Shown here: one piece after another, positions 1 to 9,468 of the stretch
Layout of the letters: each line of letters opens with the position of its first letter
Numbering within the stretch: the stretch's first letter is position 1
IMG/VR virus record: IMGVR_UViG_3300033077_000716
Location: 1 to 32,544 of that record
DNA from: a virus
Taxonomy: Duplodnaviria > Caudoviricetes
Direction: 5' to 3' (one strand)
Length of the DNA stretch: 32,544 nucleotides
Program-made: the position numbers and the translations under genes
Notes under the pieces: generated by a model
Database searches by the model: none
Seen by the model: only the letters and a program-made list of their open reading frames with translations
Told to the model about the DNA's origin: nothing

Positions 1-56
1 ATTGGTATACGGCAGATGTGAGAGCGATGACAGGAAAGAACTATCCCATTAAGTAA
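1..56 (+). CDS. 3' end of the tape-measure-like gene continuing from 31584 across the circular junction
   Basis: Final A at 32544 plus AT(1-2) gives AAT, then TGG TAT ACG ... AAG TAA(54-56). The frame stays open and ends 25 nt before the next gene. Confidence 0.75.
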   Translation, partial: WYTADVRAMTGKNYPIK

Positions 57-81
57 CGAGTGTTTTTAATAGAGGTGACTT

Positions 82-1953
82 ATGCCTAGCGACTGTAGTT
101 TGGTTATTTCCGCGTTCGCAGGTAGTGTGTTTACCCTTTCAGAAGTCAATATTGAGTCCTATTCCTCTGAGCCGTGGATGGCAGAGGACAACTCAACTGC
201 GGCGGGGGTTCGCCTCTCGATTTCAGGAACGGCTATTTACAACGGGGAAAACTGGACAGCCATTCAAGCCGTGTTGGGCAACAAATCCACGCGATTGACA
301 TCTGCCCTTTTAAGTAACACTTCTATCCCCGCAGGGCAGTTGATTAACCTTAGTTACTTGGACAGTTCTATCGGTGGGCCGTATTTGAAACTTACCGCGA
401 CTCAAGTTATTGGTGCAGCAGTTGCGCTTATCCGATGGGAAATTACTGACACTATTACGGCGTGTGACACTCCCATTGCCAGTAATGTTTGGACGCAGCG
501 CACATCGGTAGAGGCGACAGGCAGATTGACGCGAACTATTCAAGGGACACTACGGGTAAACCGTGGATCAAAGAGTGTCTCAATAGCCGTTGCTGCTCGC
601 GACAACTCAAACTGGGATAACTCAATTCCGTGGGCAGACTTGTTTCGTCGAGCCATTTTACCTGATGTGCCGAAGGCGGGTTGGAGGAGAGAAAGCCAAG
701 AGTTTGCCTACGATGTAAATGGCACAGGACTCATGTACCAAATCGTGGACAGGCAGTATGTTCACGACCTGCCTGACGGATGCCGTGTAGGTGATATGGA
801 GTTTACCTACGAGCGCACAGCGCAGGACGCAGGAATTGGTAATTGCCGCCTGACCATTGAGTTGGAGGGCGACATGAGGCTGATGAACACAAACGAAGGG
901 AACCGTATTCTCGTTAGGGCGGCGGTCGCTTTGTCGCTTGCCCGAATTAACGCTAATTACAAAAATGTAATTATTACAAGAATGGCGGTTACAGAAAAGA
1001 ACATTATGTCGGGGTTTTCAATTCGGTTTGAGTTAGAGGCTCAGACTTTTCCAACCTCGACTAGTGGCACAACAATGGCTCCAATTGCGTTTATGGTGGG
1101 GCAGCGATTTACCGTTACCAGATCAAATGTAGACAAGCGCACAATGGACGCATATGGGCCTCCAGTCAATTCAACGCAACAGGCTGATGTAACTACGATA
1201 CCTGTTGGGTATTGGGCGGCAATACCGCACTACATTAGCGGTGTAACCTCAGGCATGAATTGCGCCAACGGAAACTACCCCTTGCCCTACGCGGCCATTT
1301 ACGACTTTGAGGGGGCGCGGGTCGTAGGAACGATTACGGTTGCGGTTATTTACGACACCGAAGGTGTTTCGGGCATGAATTCGGGTCTTGCAAATGGGCC
1401 GCATTTTTCTGAAATGTCTCAACCTGCGGGGGAGGCAGGGGAAACCTCGATTGTCGCTCATTCAGTTTCGACAACACGGGCAAGATACGATTCGGGGTTT
1501 GTAAAACTTAGCCCGATGTATCTTACGGGGGCTGAATTAGTGTTGCAGACACGCCGACCAAAGGTGTTGATTACTGAGCGATGCGAGGTTTCGCGAGCCA
1601 ACCAAGCCCCACCAAAAGTTGTTCGACCCCTTCCCGACAAAGCAATCTTGGTTAGTGACGATTGGAATGTTGCGTTTGGCCGTTTTGATTCTCAAGGGAC
1701 GCGCCTGTACACGGGAATTTACGAGCGAACATTTGAAATGTACGACCCTGCCGAAGAAGGTGCGGGATACGACACAACCTCTTACGATGCAATTGGGTCA
1801 ATTCGGACATGGGAGGCTCCGTCTCTTGTTGTCAACCCCGCTATTGCTCCAATCGCTACTGATGCGTCACAGTCGCACGACGAAAGCGTGTTTCACATCC
1901 TCGCTACTGCGGCAAACAATTACAGCGTTCCCGCGCAGGTATTCGCGACATGA
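82..1953 (+). CDS. Putative tail/baseplate structural protein (623 aa)
   Basis: Long ORF with GAGGTG RBS, directly after the tape measure; S/T/beta-rich. No family recognised; call is from synteny. Confidence 0.55.
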   Translation: MPSDCSLVISAFAGSVFTLSEVNIESYSSEPWMAEDNSTAAGVRLSISGTAIYNGENWTAIQAVLGNKSTRLTSALLSNTSIPAGQLINLSYLDSSIGGPYLKLTATQVIGAAVALIRWEITDTITACDTPIASNVWTQRTSVEATGRLTRTIQGTLRVNRGSKSVSIAVAARDNSNWDNSIPWADLFRRAILPDVPKAGWRRESQEFAYDVNGTGLMYQIVDRQYVHDLPDGCRVGDMEFTYERTAQDAGIGNCRLTIELEGDMRLMNTNEGNRILVRAAVALSLARINANYKNVIITRMAVTEKNIMSGFSIRFELEAQTFPTSTSGTTMAPIAFMVGQRFTVTRSNVDKRTMDAYGPPVNSTQQADVTTIPVGYWAAIPHYISGVTSGMNCANGNYPLPYAAIYDFEGARVVGTITVAVIYDTEGVSGMNSGLANGPHFSEMSQPAGEAGETSIVAHSVSTTRARYDSGFVKLSPMYLTGAELVLQTRRPKVLITERCEVSRANQAPPKVVRPLPDKAILVSDDWNVAFGRFDSQGTRLYTGIYERTFEMYDPAEEGAGYDTTSYDAIGSIRTWEAPSLVVNPAIAPIATDASQSHDESVFHILATAANNYSVPAQVFAT

Positions 1954-3851
1954 TTGAGGCGTATTTCACTCTTTCCGACACGACAAAAGTTCCCGTCCTG
2001 TTACCAAACGACGAGATCTTAAATATTGCCGCGACGGTCGGACTCTCAATTAACGACCTGTTTTCTATCGACATTCCTAGTGGAGCGTCACGCCACACCG
2101 TTATTAAATGCCTTATTTCACAGGCATTAATCGCTCTTCTGTATGGGAGTAGCGCGGAATACGGAACAGCGTCCGCGACATTTTCGTGGCGGGAATCTTC
2201 GTTAATTGGCCTCCAAACAATTCAAGTTACCCTCCTCCCTCCGCGACCTCTGTACATCACTCCAGTCCCCGACGGCGTAGAGGGCGGGGTTGCCGCAGGG
2301 GTTTGCGTTGTGGAGGCTGTCGATGTCCGCTATTGGTGGAAACGCACAATCTCAAGTGATCGGTTTCTTGACATTATCTCAGGCCCAATGTTCTCGTCCG
2401 ATGGACGATGGAACGCAGGTGGAGTCGCGTATGACTCTGAGGTTTTGCCGTTACTAGAGTCTTTAAAAGACGCGCTAACGATTGGATCGTTTAATACTGA
2501 AGGGTTTTCCCCACATCCTTCATTGATTAGTCGCGTAGCGGACTATCGTTTTTCGCCTGATTGCAGCCTCGCAATGTCAATTGACTTGGTGTTGTCCTCA
2601 ACGGGCTATTTGCTTGTTTGGAATCAAGCAGACGCAACAGGGTATAGCCTCGTTACCATTGACAACAACACAAGCGCAATTGGTAGTTGGATGACCTCAA
2701 CGAAGCGAGCCTACGCAGGTGGCGTAGAGCCAACGAGTGGATCGGCTAGTTCGGCTGACCCTTTAATGACGGCATGGAATCAGACAGGGAACGCACAGGT
2801 AAACCGAATGCCGTCGGAAGTGTGCGTGTCTTTTCCGTATCGGACAATTGAAGCAAACACGCGATACAACAACGATAAAGGGCCAGTCACTACGGCCAAT
2901 CTTCAGTTTGTAGATCAATGCGAGTTTGGAAATCAAAACCCAGTACTAACAACCCGCGCAAGAAAAATTAACGAAACCGTTGTCCTTTTACGCGAGCCGC
3001 GATCACTTGCCGCACCTTCTACAATCCTGTTTAACCCGTATTCAAGTAGTCAGACATTAGAAACTCCTCCGTATGGGTGGGACTACGCTTCTTACAAGAC
3101 AAAAGTAACCGCCTTACTCGCCAAACGATGCTCGCTTAATTTTGGCAAGGTTGCTTACATGGGGTGGCCGATTCCGCCTATTGGCGCGTATCACGGAACA
3201 ATGAAAAGGTACGGGTTTGCAGTAAGGCCGTACCGCTCGACACAAACAGACGAGCAAACGACACGGGTTGACACGGTCGAATTGCTCCCTGTTATGACTA
3301 CGGAATGCGCGGAAGACGATTGGATCTTTGGCCCAAGCGGGTTGCCGCTAAATGATCCTGAAGACCTAACGATTAGCAAGGGATTAATTCAGGCGAGGCG
3401 GCTGTCTAACGGGGTAACGCAACTTGATGTTGCCCCGCCGAACACGCGAATCTTCCCTGCAAAAATTGTAAGTGCAGAGCGTATTGGAAACTCGGGAGAT
3501 GACTATTGGCGATGGATGTATTATTTTGTCGAGGTTGAGCCAAACCCCGCAGGAAACAATCCCTTGGCGGTAGGAATAGCCCCGTATGGCCGAACAAGCA
3601 ACAACGCACGAAACTTGATGGAGGCGGGAAACCATTATGTTTCTTCAGGACACATTGACAATGTTATCGCGGCGGGAGTTCGCCAAGACTTTATTTCCGA
3701 AGGCGTTATAGACGCGAAGGAAATCTGTGCGGAAAGTGTGGTTATGATGTGTGAGCAATGGATAACTGCTACCACCGAAGGTGGGCCACACCCCGTCGAA
3801 TATTGGTTTAGCGTCCCGAACGCCATTCAAATTGTCTGCAATGATGTTTAG
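1950..3851 (+). CDS. Putative tail tip/hub protein (633 aa)
   Basis: ATGA overlap with the upstream gene; position in the tail module; ends in ...YWFSVPNAIQIVC. Function is from synteny only. Confidence 0.55.
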   Translation: MIEAYFTLSDTTKVPVLLPNDEILNIAATVGLSINDLFSIDIPSGASRHTVIKCLISQALIALLYGSSAEYGTASATFSWRESSLIGLQTIQVTLLPPRPLYITPVPDGVEGGVAAGVCVVEAVDVRYWWKRTISSDRFLDIISGPMFSSDGRWNAGGVAYDSEVLPLLESLKDALTIGSFNTEGFSPHPSLISRVADYRFSPDCSLAMSIDLVLSSTGYLLVWNQADATGYSLVTIDNNTSAIGSWMTSTKRAYAGGVEPTSGSASSADPLMTAWNQTGNAQVNRMPSEVCVSFPYRTIEANTRYNNDKGPVTTANLQFVDQCEFGNQNPVLTTRARKINETVVLLREPRSLAAPSTILFNPYSSSQTLETPPYGWDYASYKTKVTALLAKRCSLNFGKVAYMGWPIPPIGAYHGTMKRYGFAVRPYRSTQTDEQTTRVDTVELLPVMTTECAEDDWIFGPSGLPLNDPEDLTISKGLIQARRLSNGVTQLDVAPPNTRIFPAKIVSAERIGNSGDDYWRWMYYFVEVEPNPAGNNPLAVGIAPYGRTSNNARNLMEAGNHYVSSGHIDNVIAAGVRQDFISEGVIDAKEICAESVVMMCEQWITATTEGGPHPVEYWFSVPNAIQIVCNDV

Positions 3852-3862
3852 GATTTCCTCCC

Positions 3863-4204
3863 ATGAGCCGATGGACAATCATTTTCGCTAAGGGTCAGAC
3901 CTACCAACAGACCATTACCCTTACGGGGGTTGCAGATATTGCGTCCGCTACTGGGTGGTCAGTTGTGTGCGCGATGCCTAATGAGGCCGCGTTTCTGACT
4001 GCGACAACCGCAAACGGTCTACTCACGGCGGGAGCGACAACCGCCGAAAAAATCATGGTGATCCCTGCGGCGACCACCGCAACTTTTGACTCGGGAAACG
4101 GGAAGTTCGACTTTTACATCGAGTGGGCGGGTGGCGTAAAACGCCCTTACTACCTCGGTGGTGCATTGCAAGTCCTGCCATATGTCGGCGAGGTGACTCC
4201 ATGA
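3863..4204 (+). CDS. Small tail-fibre-associated protein (113 aa)
   Basis: AGGA RBS; beta-rich; coupled by ATGA overlap to the Gly-rich fibre gene. Confidence 0.5.
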   Translation: MSRWTIIFAKGQTYQQTITLTGVADIASATGWSVVCAMPNEAAFLTATTANGLLTAGATTAEKIMVIPAATTATFDSGNGKFDFYIEWAGGVKRPYYLGGALQVLPYVGEVTP

Positions 4205-5142
4205 CCACAATCCAAATTTCCAACACCGATGTTACGGTTGTGGTCACAGACACAGGGGTCGAGTTGTCGGTTACGCAGGGTCAGGCAGGAGCAAACGGCG
4301 TTGGAGTTCCCGTTGGAGGTGCAACGGGAACGGTGCTAACCAAGACCTCTGCCGCCGACTACGCAACCGCTTGGTCTGCAATCTCTCACACGATTGATCT
4401 TCAAGAATTTTACGATGACACCCCAAACGGGGGTAGCGCAACGGGAACAACTTGGACGAAACCCGCAGGTGCGTTCCTTGTGCTTGTCGAGGCTAGTGGG
4501 GGAGGCGCAAGCGGGGTAACGGGGACAGGACTAACGGGTGGCAATGCGGGTGCAAGTGGGGCATATGAAACCCTGATGTTTGCCGCCTCCGATTTGACCT
4601 CAACAGTAACGATTACTCTCGGCGGAGGCACTACGGGAGGGGGAGCAAATTCAGTTGCAGGATCGACTACCTTTGGGACTTCTCCAATCTATTTAACTGC
4701 TACTGGTGCGCGTGGACAAACCGCCCCTACTGTTATTGGAACTCGGCTAATTAATGTGTACGGCGCAGGTGGCACTACGGGTGCAAATGGGTGTGTTGGT
4801 GGACGAGGAAGCGGTGGCGGTGGTGGTGGTGGTGCAACGAGTGCGGCGGGAGGGAATGGAGGTATTGCGCGCAAAACTTCGATTACGGGATCCGCTACGC
4901 CTGAGACTGGTGGAGGTGGAACAGGAGGAACGAGCATTGTCGGCGGTACAGGCGGAGACGGGGTTGTCTCTGCTGACTCGTTTGGGTTTGGTAGCGGAGC
5001 AGGTGGTGGTGGCTCAGGCGGTGGCACAGGCGGCAAAGGAATTCGGGGGAGCGGTGGTGGGGGCGGTGGAGTCGGAAGCCCCGCAGGGACAGGTGGCCGA
5101 GGCGGAAACGGGTATGTGCGCGTTACAACATTCTGTTTCTGA
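4201..5142 (+). CDS. Glycine-rich tail fibre/spike-like protein (313 aa)
   Basis: ATG at 4201 (GAGGTG RBS, overlapping the upstream stop) preferred to 4123. Contains GGATGTVLTKTSAADYATAW, WTKPAGA..V.VEA.GGGA and C-terminal GG.GG.GYVRV, typical of phage Gly-rich fibre domains. Confidence 0.7.
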   Translation: MTTIQISNTDVTVVVTDTGVELSVTQGQAGANGVGVPVGGATGTVLTKTSAADYATAWSAISHTIDLQEFYDDTPNGGSATGTTWTKPAGAFLVLVEASGGGASGVTGTGLTGGNAGASGAYETLMFAASDLTSTVTITLGGGTTGGGANSVAGSTTFGTSPIYLTATGARGQTAPTVIGTRLINVYGAGGTTGANGCVGGRGSGGGGGGGATSAAGGNGGIARKTSITGSATPETGGGGTGGTSIVGGTGGDGVVSADSFGFGSGAGGGGSGGGTGGKGIRGSGGGGGGVGSPAGTGGRGGNGYVRVTTFCF

Positions 5143-5143
5143 G

Positions 5144-5173
5144 TTGTCCTTGGTCTAATTTTTGGGGTATATT
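5144..5173 (+). promoter_or_regulatory. Possible sigma70-type promoter for the lysis cassette
   Basis: TTGTCC(5144-49)-18 nt-TATATT(5168-73) in an AT-rich intergenic gap. Confidence 0.35.
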
Positions 5174-5208
5174 CTATATACGCTCAGAAATTAACAACGA
5201 AGGACCTT

Positions 5209-5385
5209 ATGACAATCGAAAGCCTTGGCGGTATAATTGCCCCGATTGCCGCAGTATTAGGGGCTGCGGCATGGCTCCACACCAGTCTCGCGGCGTTACG
5301 CGAGCAAATTGCGGGAATGCGTCGAGACATCGATCACTTGCAAGGCGAAGTCAACAGGCTTCGCGACCAAAAAAAGGAACACTAA
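5209..5385 (+). CDS. Small membrane protein with coiled coil, lysis-cassette type (58 aa; below the ORF-track cutoff)
   Basis: AAGGA RBS; MTIESLGGIIAPIAAVLGAAAWLHTSLAALREQIAGMRRDIDHLQGEVNRLRDQKKEH: one TM helix then heptad repeats. Confidence 0.7.
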   Translation: MTIESLGGIIAPIAAVLGAAAWLHTSLAALREQIAGMRRDIDHLQGEVNRLRDQKKEH

Positions 5386-5386
5386 A

Positions 5387-5587
5387 ATGACTAAATCGTG
5401 GCGCACTTCTCTCGCAGGGCTTGGGGCAATTTTGGTTGCAGTCGGCGTTGCTGTTACGGCAATGACTGACGGCGACTCAACGACTAACCCTGACTGGGGT
5501 GTTGTCCTTGCGGCAACCCTTGCGGGATTTGGATTGTTTTTTGCTCGCGACAACGGCGTGAATTCAGAATCAGCGGGAGCAAAATGA
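5387..5587 (+). CDS. Holin-like protein with two TM helices (66 aa)
   Basis: AAGGA RBS, ATG 5387; SWRTSLAGLGAILVAVG...LAGFGLFFARD, a typical small phage holin-like pattern. Confidence 0.65.
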   Translation: MTKSWRTSLAGLGAILVAVGVAVTAMTDGDSTTNPDWGVVLAATLAGFGLFFARDNGVNSESAGAK

Positions 5588-5946
5588 ACGACAGTTACGA
5601 CGATTGGTACGAGGAGAACGCGCCATGTTCAACAGAATCGTCGCGTTGGTCGCGGTTGCGCTCGTGGATTACCTTCTCAAGCGTATCGAGCGTGGCAATA
5701 TCGCCGTTGACGCTGATCTTGATCGTGATGGGTTGCGCCGTGGCGGCTCTCGCATTCGCGAGTGGATGCACGAGAACGGTGCTAGTCCCCGAATCAAGCC
5801 CGATTCGGATGGGGCCACAGATCGTGGGCAAGATTTACACCCTCGTTGAGGGGCAATGGGTGCTGTCCGAAACAGAGGTAAAAATCCCTGAGGGATGGTG
5901 GGCAGTACCGCCCAGTTTTGTCTCAAAGGAATTTGAGGACAAATGA
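5584..5946 (+). CDS. Lipoprotein, o-spanin (Rz1)-like; true start probably downstream (about 5692-5728)
   Basis: Hydrophobic stretch ending in lipobox-like FASG-C (Cys codon 5767-69), followed by a Pro-containing mature part; overlaps 5625..5849 in another frame. Confidence 0.55.
   Translation: MNDSYDDWYEENAPCSTESSRWSRLRSWITFSSVSSVAISPLTLILIVMGCAVAALAFASGCTRTVLVPESSPIRMGPQIVGKIYTLVEGQWVLSETEVKIPEGWWAVPPSFVSKEFEDK
5625..5849 (+). CDS. Membrane-anchored i-spanin (Rz)-like protein (74 aa)
   Basis: GAGGAG RBS at 5611-16; N-terminal hydrophobic MFNRIVALVAVALVDYLL then a charged helical region. Confidence 0.5.
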   Translation: MFNRIVALVAVALVDYLLKRIERGNIAVDADLDRDGLRRGGSRIREWMHENGASPRIKPDSDGATDRGQDLHPR

Positions 5947-7838
5947 GCGGCGAAACCGTCATTGCGTGTTGTTGTGCAGGTGGCGGCGGCGGCGGTACGA
6001 CGGGTCTTTACCTTGCGCTGAAATGCAATGACTATTTCAGTAATTATTGCTGCCTTACCGCTTGCAATCAGTCACCCGACCGCATTAACTTTTGCCCGAA
6101 TTATTTACTCTCGATTGGGATCCCAGTTCCCCCTGTCTTTGGTCAATGCTACATCATTGGGTATGATTGCTGCGCGTATTACCTGTCTGATTTTGAGGAT
6201 GTCCCATGCCCTCCCGCAGGTAGCCCCTACCCGACAAATGTTGGATGGAAGATAGGAGACTACCCTTCAGGAGGTGGCCTTTGCTGCATTCCATACATTA
6301 ATCCCAAACTACCCGTGGGAGAAATTGGACTTATCTTTTGTGATGACTGTGGCCCAAACGGGGCGTATGTTCTTGAAAACAACGAAGACCCATGCCATGA
6401 GTTTATTGCAGATTGCTACAACCTCTGTGATCAGCATGGACTTGCGCCAAACAAGAAAATAACGATTTCATCTACCATAAGCGTGTGCGTTGTTATCGTA
6501 AATGTCCCTTGGTTTATGCGCTGCCAACATGGCCCATCAGATTCGTTATTTTCGGTAAATCGAAAAATCTCTCAGGAGATTGCTTCGTGCGTTTCATGCG
6601 ATAGTTTTAACGGAACCCAATCCCCCAACCCCTGCCCTCCCGTACCGTTTTCCTGCCCTGAAGAGCGGCGGCAGGAATGGACAGAATATTGTAGTTGTGA
6701 GGGTTTTTGCCCTCAACTAATTGCAGATGATTGCTGCGGCGGCATTAATCCTTGTGACTTTGACCCGTTGGCGTGTGACGCATTGGTCGATATGCGGAAC
6801 TCCTACGAGGTAAAAACCTGCTACTCAATTCAAGACTGTGAAGATAATTATCATGTTGAAGATGTGTTGACATTGCAATTTGATGCGTGTCTGCCATTGG
6901 GGTATGGGGTTGACCCGACAAATCAAGGATCACTTGAAAACTGGGTTAACAATTCTTTGATTGAAATGTCTTCGGTGCAAACCACGACTTGTTGGGGGGA
7001 TATTCCAACTTTTCGTTTTCGAGTTTGTGGCCTTGTCATTGACATGGTAAGCGGAACTATCCCGACGCTTGTCACGAAAATTAACACTCGGATCGGCGCG
7101 TTAATTAACGCGATTGCCATCGCGCCTTGGTCAGACCATTTTTGGTTCGGCACAAGACAGACCTGTGAAGCGTGTCCGTGGGATCCTCCGTGTACTCGAC
7201 CTGCGTATGTCGCAGGAGATGTCATGCAGGTAGGAGCGGTAGTTTATGACGCTGCTACTGGGTTAGTCTCGGTAACAATGCAGGGCGTTTCAATCCGAAA
7301 GAGTATGTGTGTCGCACAGTCAATGAACAGTCAATTCAATTGTCGCGGGTACGCCCCTGAGTTTGCAACGGTTTGTGCGGGAATCTCCGCAACGGGGGCA
7401 TACCCGTTTGTGCTGCAATGTCTTTCGCTTCCTGAATACGCAAACGGAGAGCGATACGCAATCATGAACATCGAAGAACCCGCGTCGATGACTACGATTT
7501 GTGTTGCGCCGAACACCTATGTGGCCGCGACAGAATGCACCGCTACGGTTGGTTACCCACTCGATGACATTACGCAGGTAATCGGGGGGGTAACGACGGT
7601 AATTACGGCGGGATACCGAACGGTTTGTCCCCTCATGCCTGAGCCGCGACAAAAATGCCGCTGTTATCCATTTATCTACACTCCTGCCCCTTGCTGCACC
7701 GTACCAATTGAGGAATGTCCTCAGTTCTATATAGAGAACCCGCTACCTGAGCCGTGTGTGCTTTCGTTTCAAAACGCATCGATTTATTGCGAAACAAGCG
7801 CGTCAGGAAAACCCGATGTTGCATGGTGCGTCACTTGA
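5943..7838 (+). CDS. Cysteine-rich protein (631 aa, about 55 Cys), possibly a virion/receptor-binding component
   Basis: ATGA-coupled; N-terminal CCC-GGGGGG; Cys counted by hand; no signal peptide evident. Confidence 0.75.
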   Translation: MSGETVIACCCAGGGGGGTTGLYLALKCNDYFSNYCCLTACNQSPDRINFCPNYLLSIGIPVPPVFGQCYIIGYDCCAYYLSDFEDVPCPPAGSPYPTNVGWKIGDYPSGGGLCCIPYINPKLPVGEIGLIFCDDCGPNGAYVLENNEDPCHEFIADCYNLCDQHGLAPNKKITISSTISVCVVIVNVPWFMRCQHGPSDSLFSVNRKISQEIASCVSCDSFNGTQSPNPCPPVPFSCPEERRQEWTEYCSCEGFCPQLIADDCCGGINPCDFDPLACDALVDMRNSYEVKTCYSIQDCEDNYHVEDVLTLQFDACLPLGYGVDPTNQGSLENWVNNSLIEMSSVQTTTCWGDIPTFRFRVCGLVIDMVSGTIPTLVTKINTRIGALINAIAIAPWSDHFWFGTRQTCEACPWDPPCTRPAYVAGDVMQVGAVVYDAATGLVSVTMQGVSIRKSMCVAQSMNSQFNCRGYAPEFATVCAGISATGAYPFVLQCLSLPEYANGERYAIMNIEEPASMTTICVAPNTYVAATECTATVGYPLDDITQVIGGVTTVITAGYRTVCPLMPEPRQKCRCYPFIYTPAPCCTVPIEECPQFYIENPLPEPCVLSFQNASIYCETSASGKPDVAWCVT

Positions 7839-8236
7839 GCGAAATCGGTTACATCATTGTTCGTAACGGCATTAAGTTGCCTATTGTGGATTGCAAGCAA
7901 TGGCGTGTCGTGCATGGGATTGCCGAATGCGGCAAGGCACTAAACCTTGATGAGTGTGCCTCATGCTCTAGTAGGATTTCTCGCGACGGGAACTTTATTG
8001 ATCCACCAATTGTCGGCAACGGGCGCGTAACTGTTTCGGCTCCTGCCGCCATTACAGCGACAGATGCGGTTTCTGATTCCTCTAAAAATCATTGGCGTGG
8101 GCTTGGTGATGTTGTTGCGTCGGCAACGAAAGCAATGGGCATCAAGACCTGTGGCGGGTGTGCGGCTCGTCGAGAAGCATTAAACAAACTTGTCCCTTTT
8201 AAACCTATTGCTGATGCCACGGACGGCACAACATAA
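7823..8236 (+). CDS. CxxC-containing protein with C-terminal GLGD...CGGC..RREALN motif
   Basis: Start ATG 7823 or TTG 7835 (overlapping the upstream TGA); two CxxC motifs (CASC, CGGC). Confidence 0.65.
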   Translation: MVRHLSEIGYIIVRNGIKLPIVDCKQWRVVHGIAECGKALNLDECASCSSRISRDGNFIDPPIVGNGRVTVSAPAAITATDAVSDSSKNHWRGLGDVVASATKAMGIKTCGGCAARREALNKLVPFKPIADATDGTT

Positions 8237-8237
8237 A

Positions 8238-8269
8238 CGCCCCCTGTCCACTTTCGTGGTCAGGGGGCG
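8238..8269. terminator. Hairpin between the convergent arms; likely terminator
   Basis: CGCCCCCTGTCCAC-TTTC-GTGGTCAGGGGGCG (14-bp stem, one mismatch); GAAA loop and TTTA tail on the minus strand. Confidence 0.7.
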
Positions 8270-8324
8270 CAGGGGGAAAAGATCAAAAGGTGGCCGCGTG
8301 ACGGCAGGTAAAGAATAGCGGATT

Positions 8325-8543
8325 TTACAATGTGTCGCAAACTTTAGAGTATCGCGGCAACATTTCGTCGCGCAGCACACCCTCGGCGTGTGTCAGGAGT
8401 TTGCGGTAAGCATCGTTGATTCCTGATTCCGCAGGCGACTCCCAACGCAGCATCCGCACCGCCCCAAGCGTGATCACAAGCGCAATACGCTCCCGTTCGC
8501 TCTGCGCGGCCTCAGCGGCCTCAGCCGCCTCGCGCACGATCAA
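8325..8543 (-). CDS. Hypothetical protein (about 72 aa)
   Basis: Co-oriented with the early arm and fills the gap to the terminator; TTG start uncertain. Confidence 0.5.
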   Translation of the reverse strand: MIVREAAEAAEAAQSERERIALVITLGAVRMLRWESPAESGINDAYRKLLTHAEGVLRDEMLPRYSKVCDTL

Positions 8544-8757
8544 ACCCCTCCCGTTGGCAGAACTCGCGTAGGGCCTCAGGGTGGACCCGCCTCGCCTGCG
8601 ACTCAGGCAGGCGCAAGCCCAACAACCGCCCTGAATCGATCCATTTGCTGACGGTCGCCGCCGACACTCCTAGCCTCCTCGCTACCTGTCCTGTAGTCAG
8701 CCAATCCACGCCGAGTTCCGCCAGTTCCAATTGTGGGATTTTTGATCGTGCCTTCAT
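8521..8757 (-). CDS. Excisionase/MerR-like HTH_17 DNA-binding protein (78 aa)
   Basis: WLTTGQVARRLGVSAATVSKWIDSGRLLG.R.P....RRV...L..F matches the HTH_17 pattern; start set at ATG 8757, downstream of the terminator. Confidence 0.85.
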   Translation of the reverse strand: MKARSKIPQLELAELGVDWLTTGQVARRLGVSAATVSKWIDSGRLLGLRLPESQARRVHPEALREFCQREGFDRARGG

Positions 8758-8790
8758 GGCTTCTACGATATCCGCAAGCAGGTTGAGAAT

Positions 8791-8820
8791 AAAAAAAACG
8801 CGCCCCAAAGTTGAGGCGCG
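8791..8820 (-). terminator. Rho-independent terminator
   Basis: Minus strand CGCGCCTCA-ACTT-TGGGGCGCG followed by T8. Confidence 0.8.
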
Positions 8821-8842
8821 CCTAGACGAAGTTTTTTAGGGC

Positions 8843-9451
8843 TTAGTCCAGTTCTGTTTCGCGGTCGGTCATGAATACGGGCGTGTCGTTTGACTCACGG
8901 GCTTCATCACGATCCGCAATAGCGGCCAATCTCAAGTTCTCAACGCGCTCGGCAGCGGGGTCCGAAACTGCAAACCCTGTTCGGACATCCATGATGCATC
9001 GGGTGTCAGCCCAACGGATGCACCTCTTCATTGCACCGTGAGCCTCGTCAAACGAGACAAACGATTTAGCCTCGCGGCAGTCGTTAGTCATTTCAACAAT
9101 GTACCCCTCGTGATTGATACGCACAACGAATCGCGGAGAAGCGGCGTGTGGATCTACGCAGATGACATAAAGCGGGAGCATCTCCGCAATCGTCGCAATC
9201 GTCGCTCGGTACGGTCGCGCAGAGTGGAGCCGAATGGCAAAGCCAAACTGGTCATACAGTTCGTACTTTTGTGCGGGGGTAATCAGTCCAATGTGAAAAC
9301 AGAAATCAATTTGAACCTGAGCCTCGTCGCGAATGATGCGAGCGGTTGGGTCGTTGGCTCGGTCGCAAATCGCGTTAAGCGATAACTGAATTGCGTCCAT
9401 TGCGGCGGTTTGAAGGGACTTGGCGGTTTGGCGGTTGCTTGCGTGTGTCAT
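8843..9451 (-). CDS. Hypothetical early protein (202 aa)
   Basis: AAAGGA RBS before ATG 9451; sits between a promoter unit and a terminator. Confidence 0.75.
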   Translation of the reverse strand: MTHASNRQTAKSLQTAAMDAIQLSLNAICDRANDPTARIIRDEAQVQIDFCFHIGLITPAQKYELYDQFGFAIRLHSARPYRATIATIAEMLPLYVICVDPHAASPRFVVRINHEGYIVEMTNDCREAKSFVSFDEAHGAMKRCIRWADTRCIMDVRTGFAVSDPAAERVENLRLAAIADRDEARESNDTPVFMTDRETELD

Positions 9452-9468
9452 GATCAAATTCCTTTGAG

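Noticed and set aside
4410-5158. Pro-rich antisense and alternative-frame ORFs over the Gly-rich fibre gene, and similar shadow ORFs elsewhere
   Set aside because: Explained by GGN codon repeats and GC content on the coding strand.
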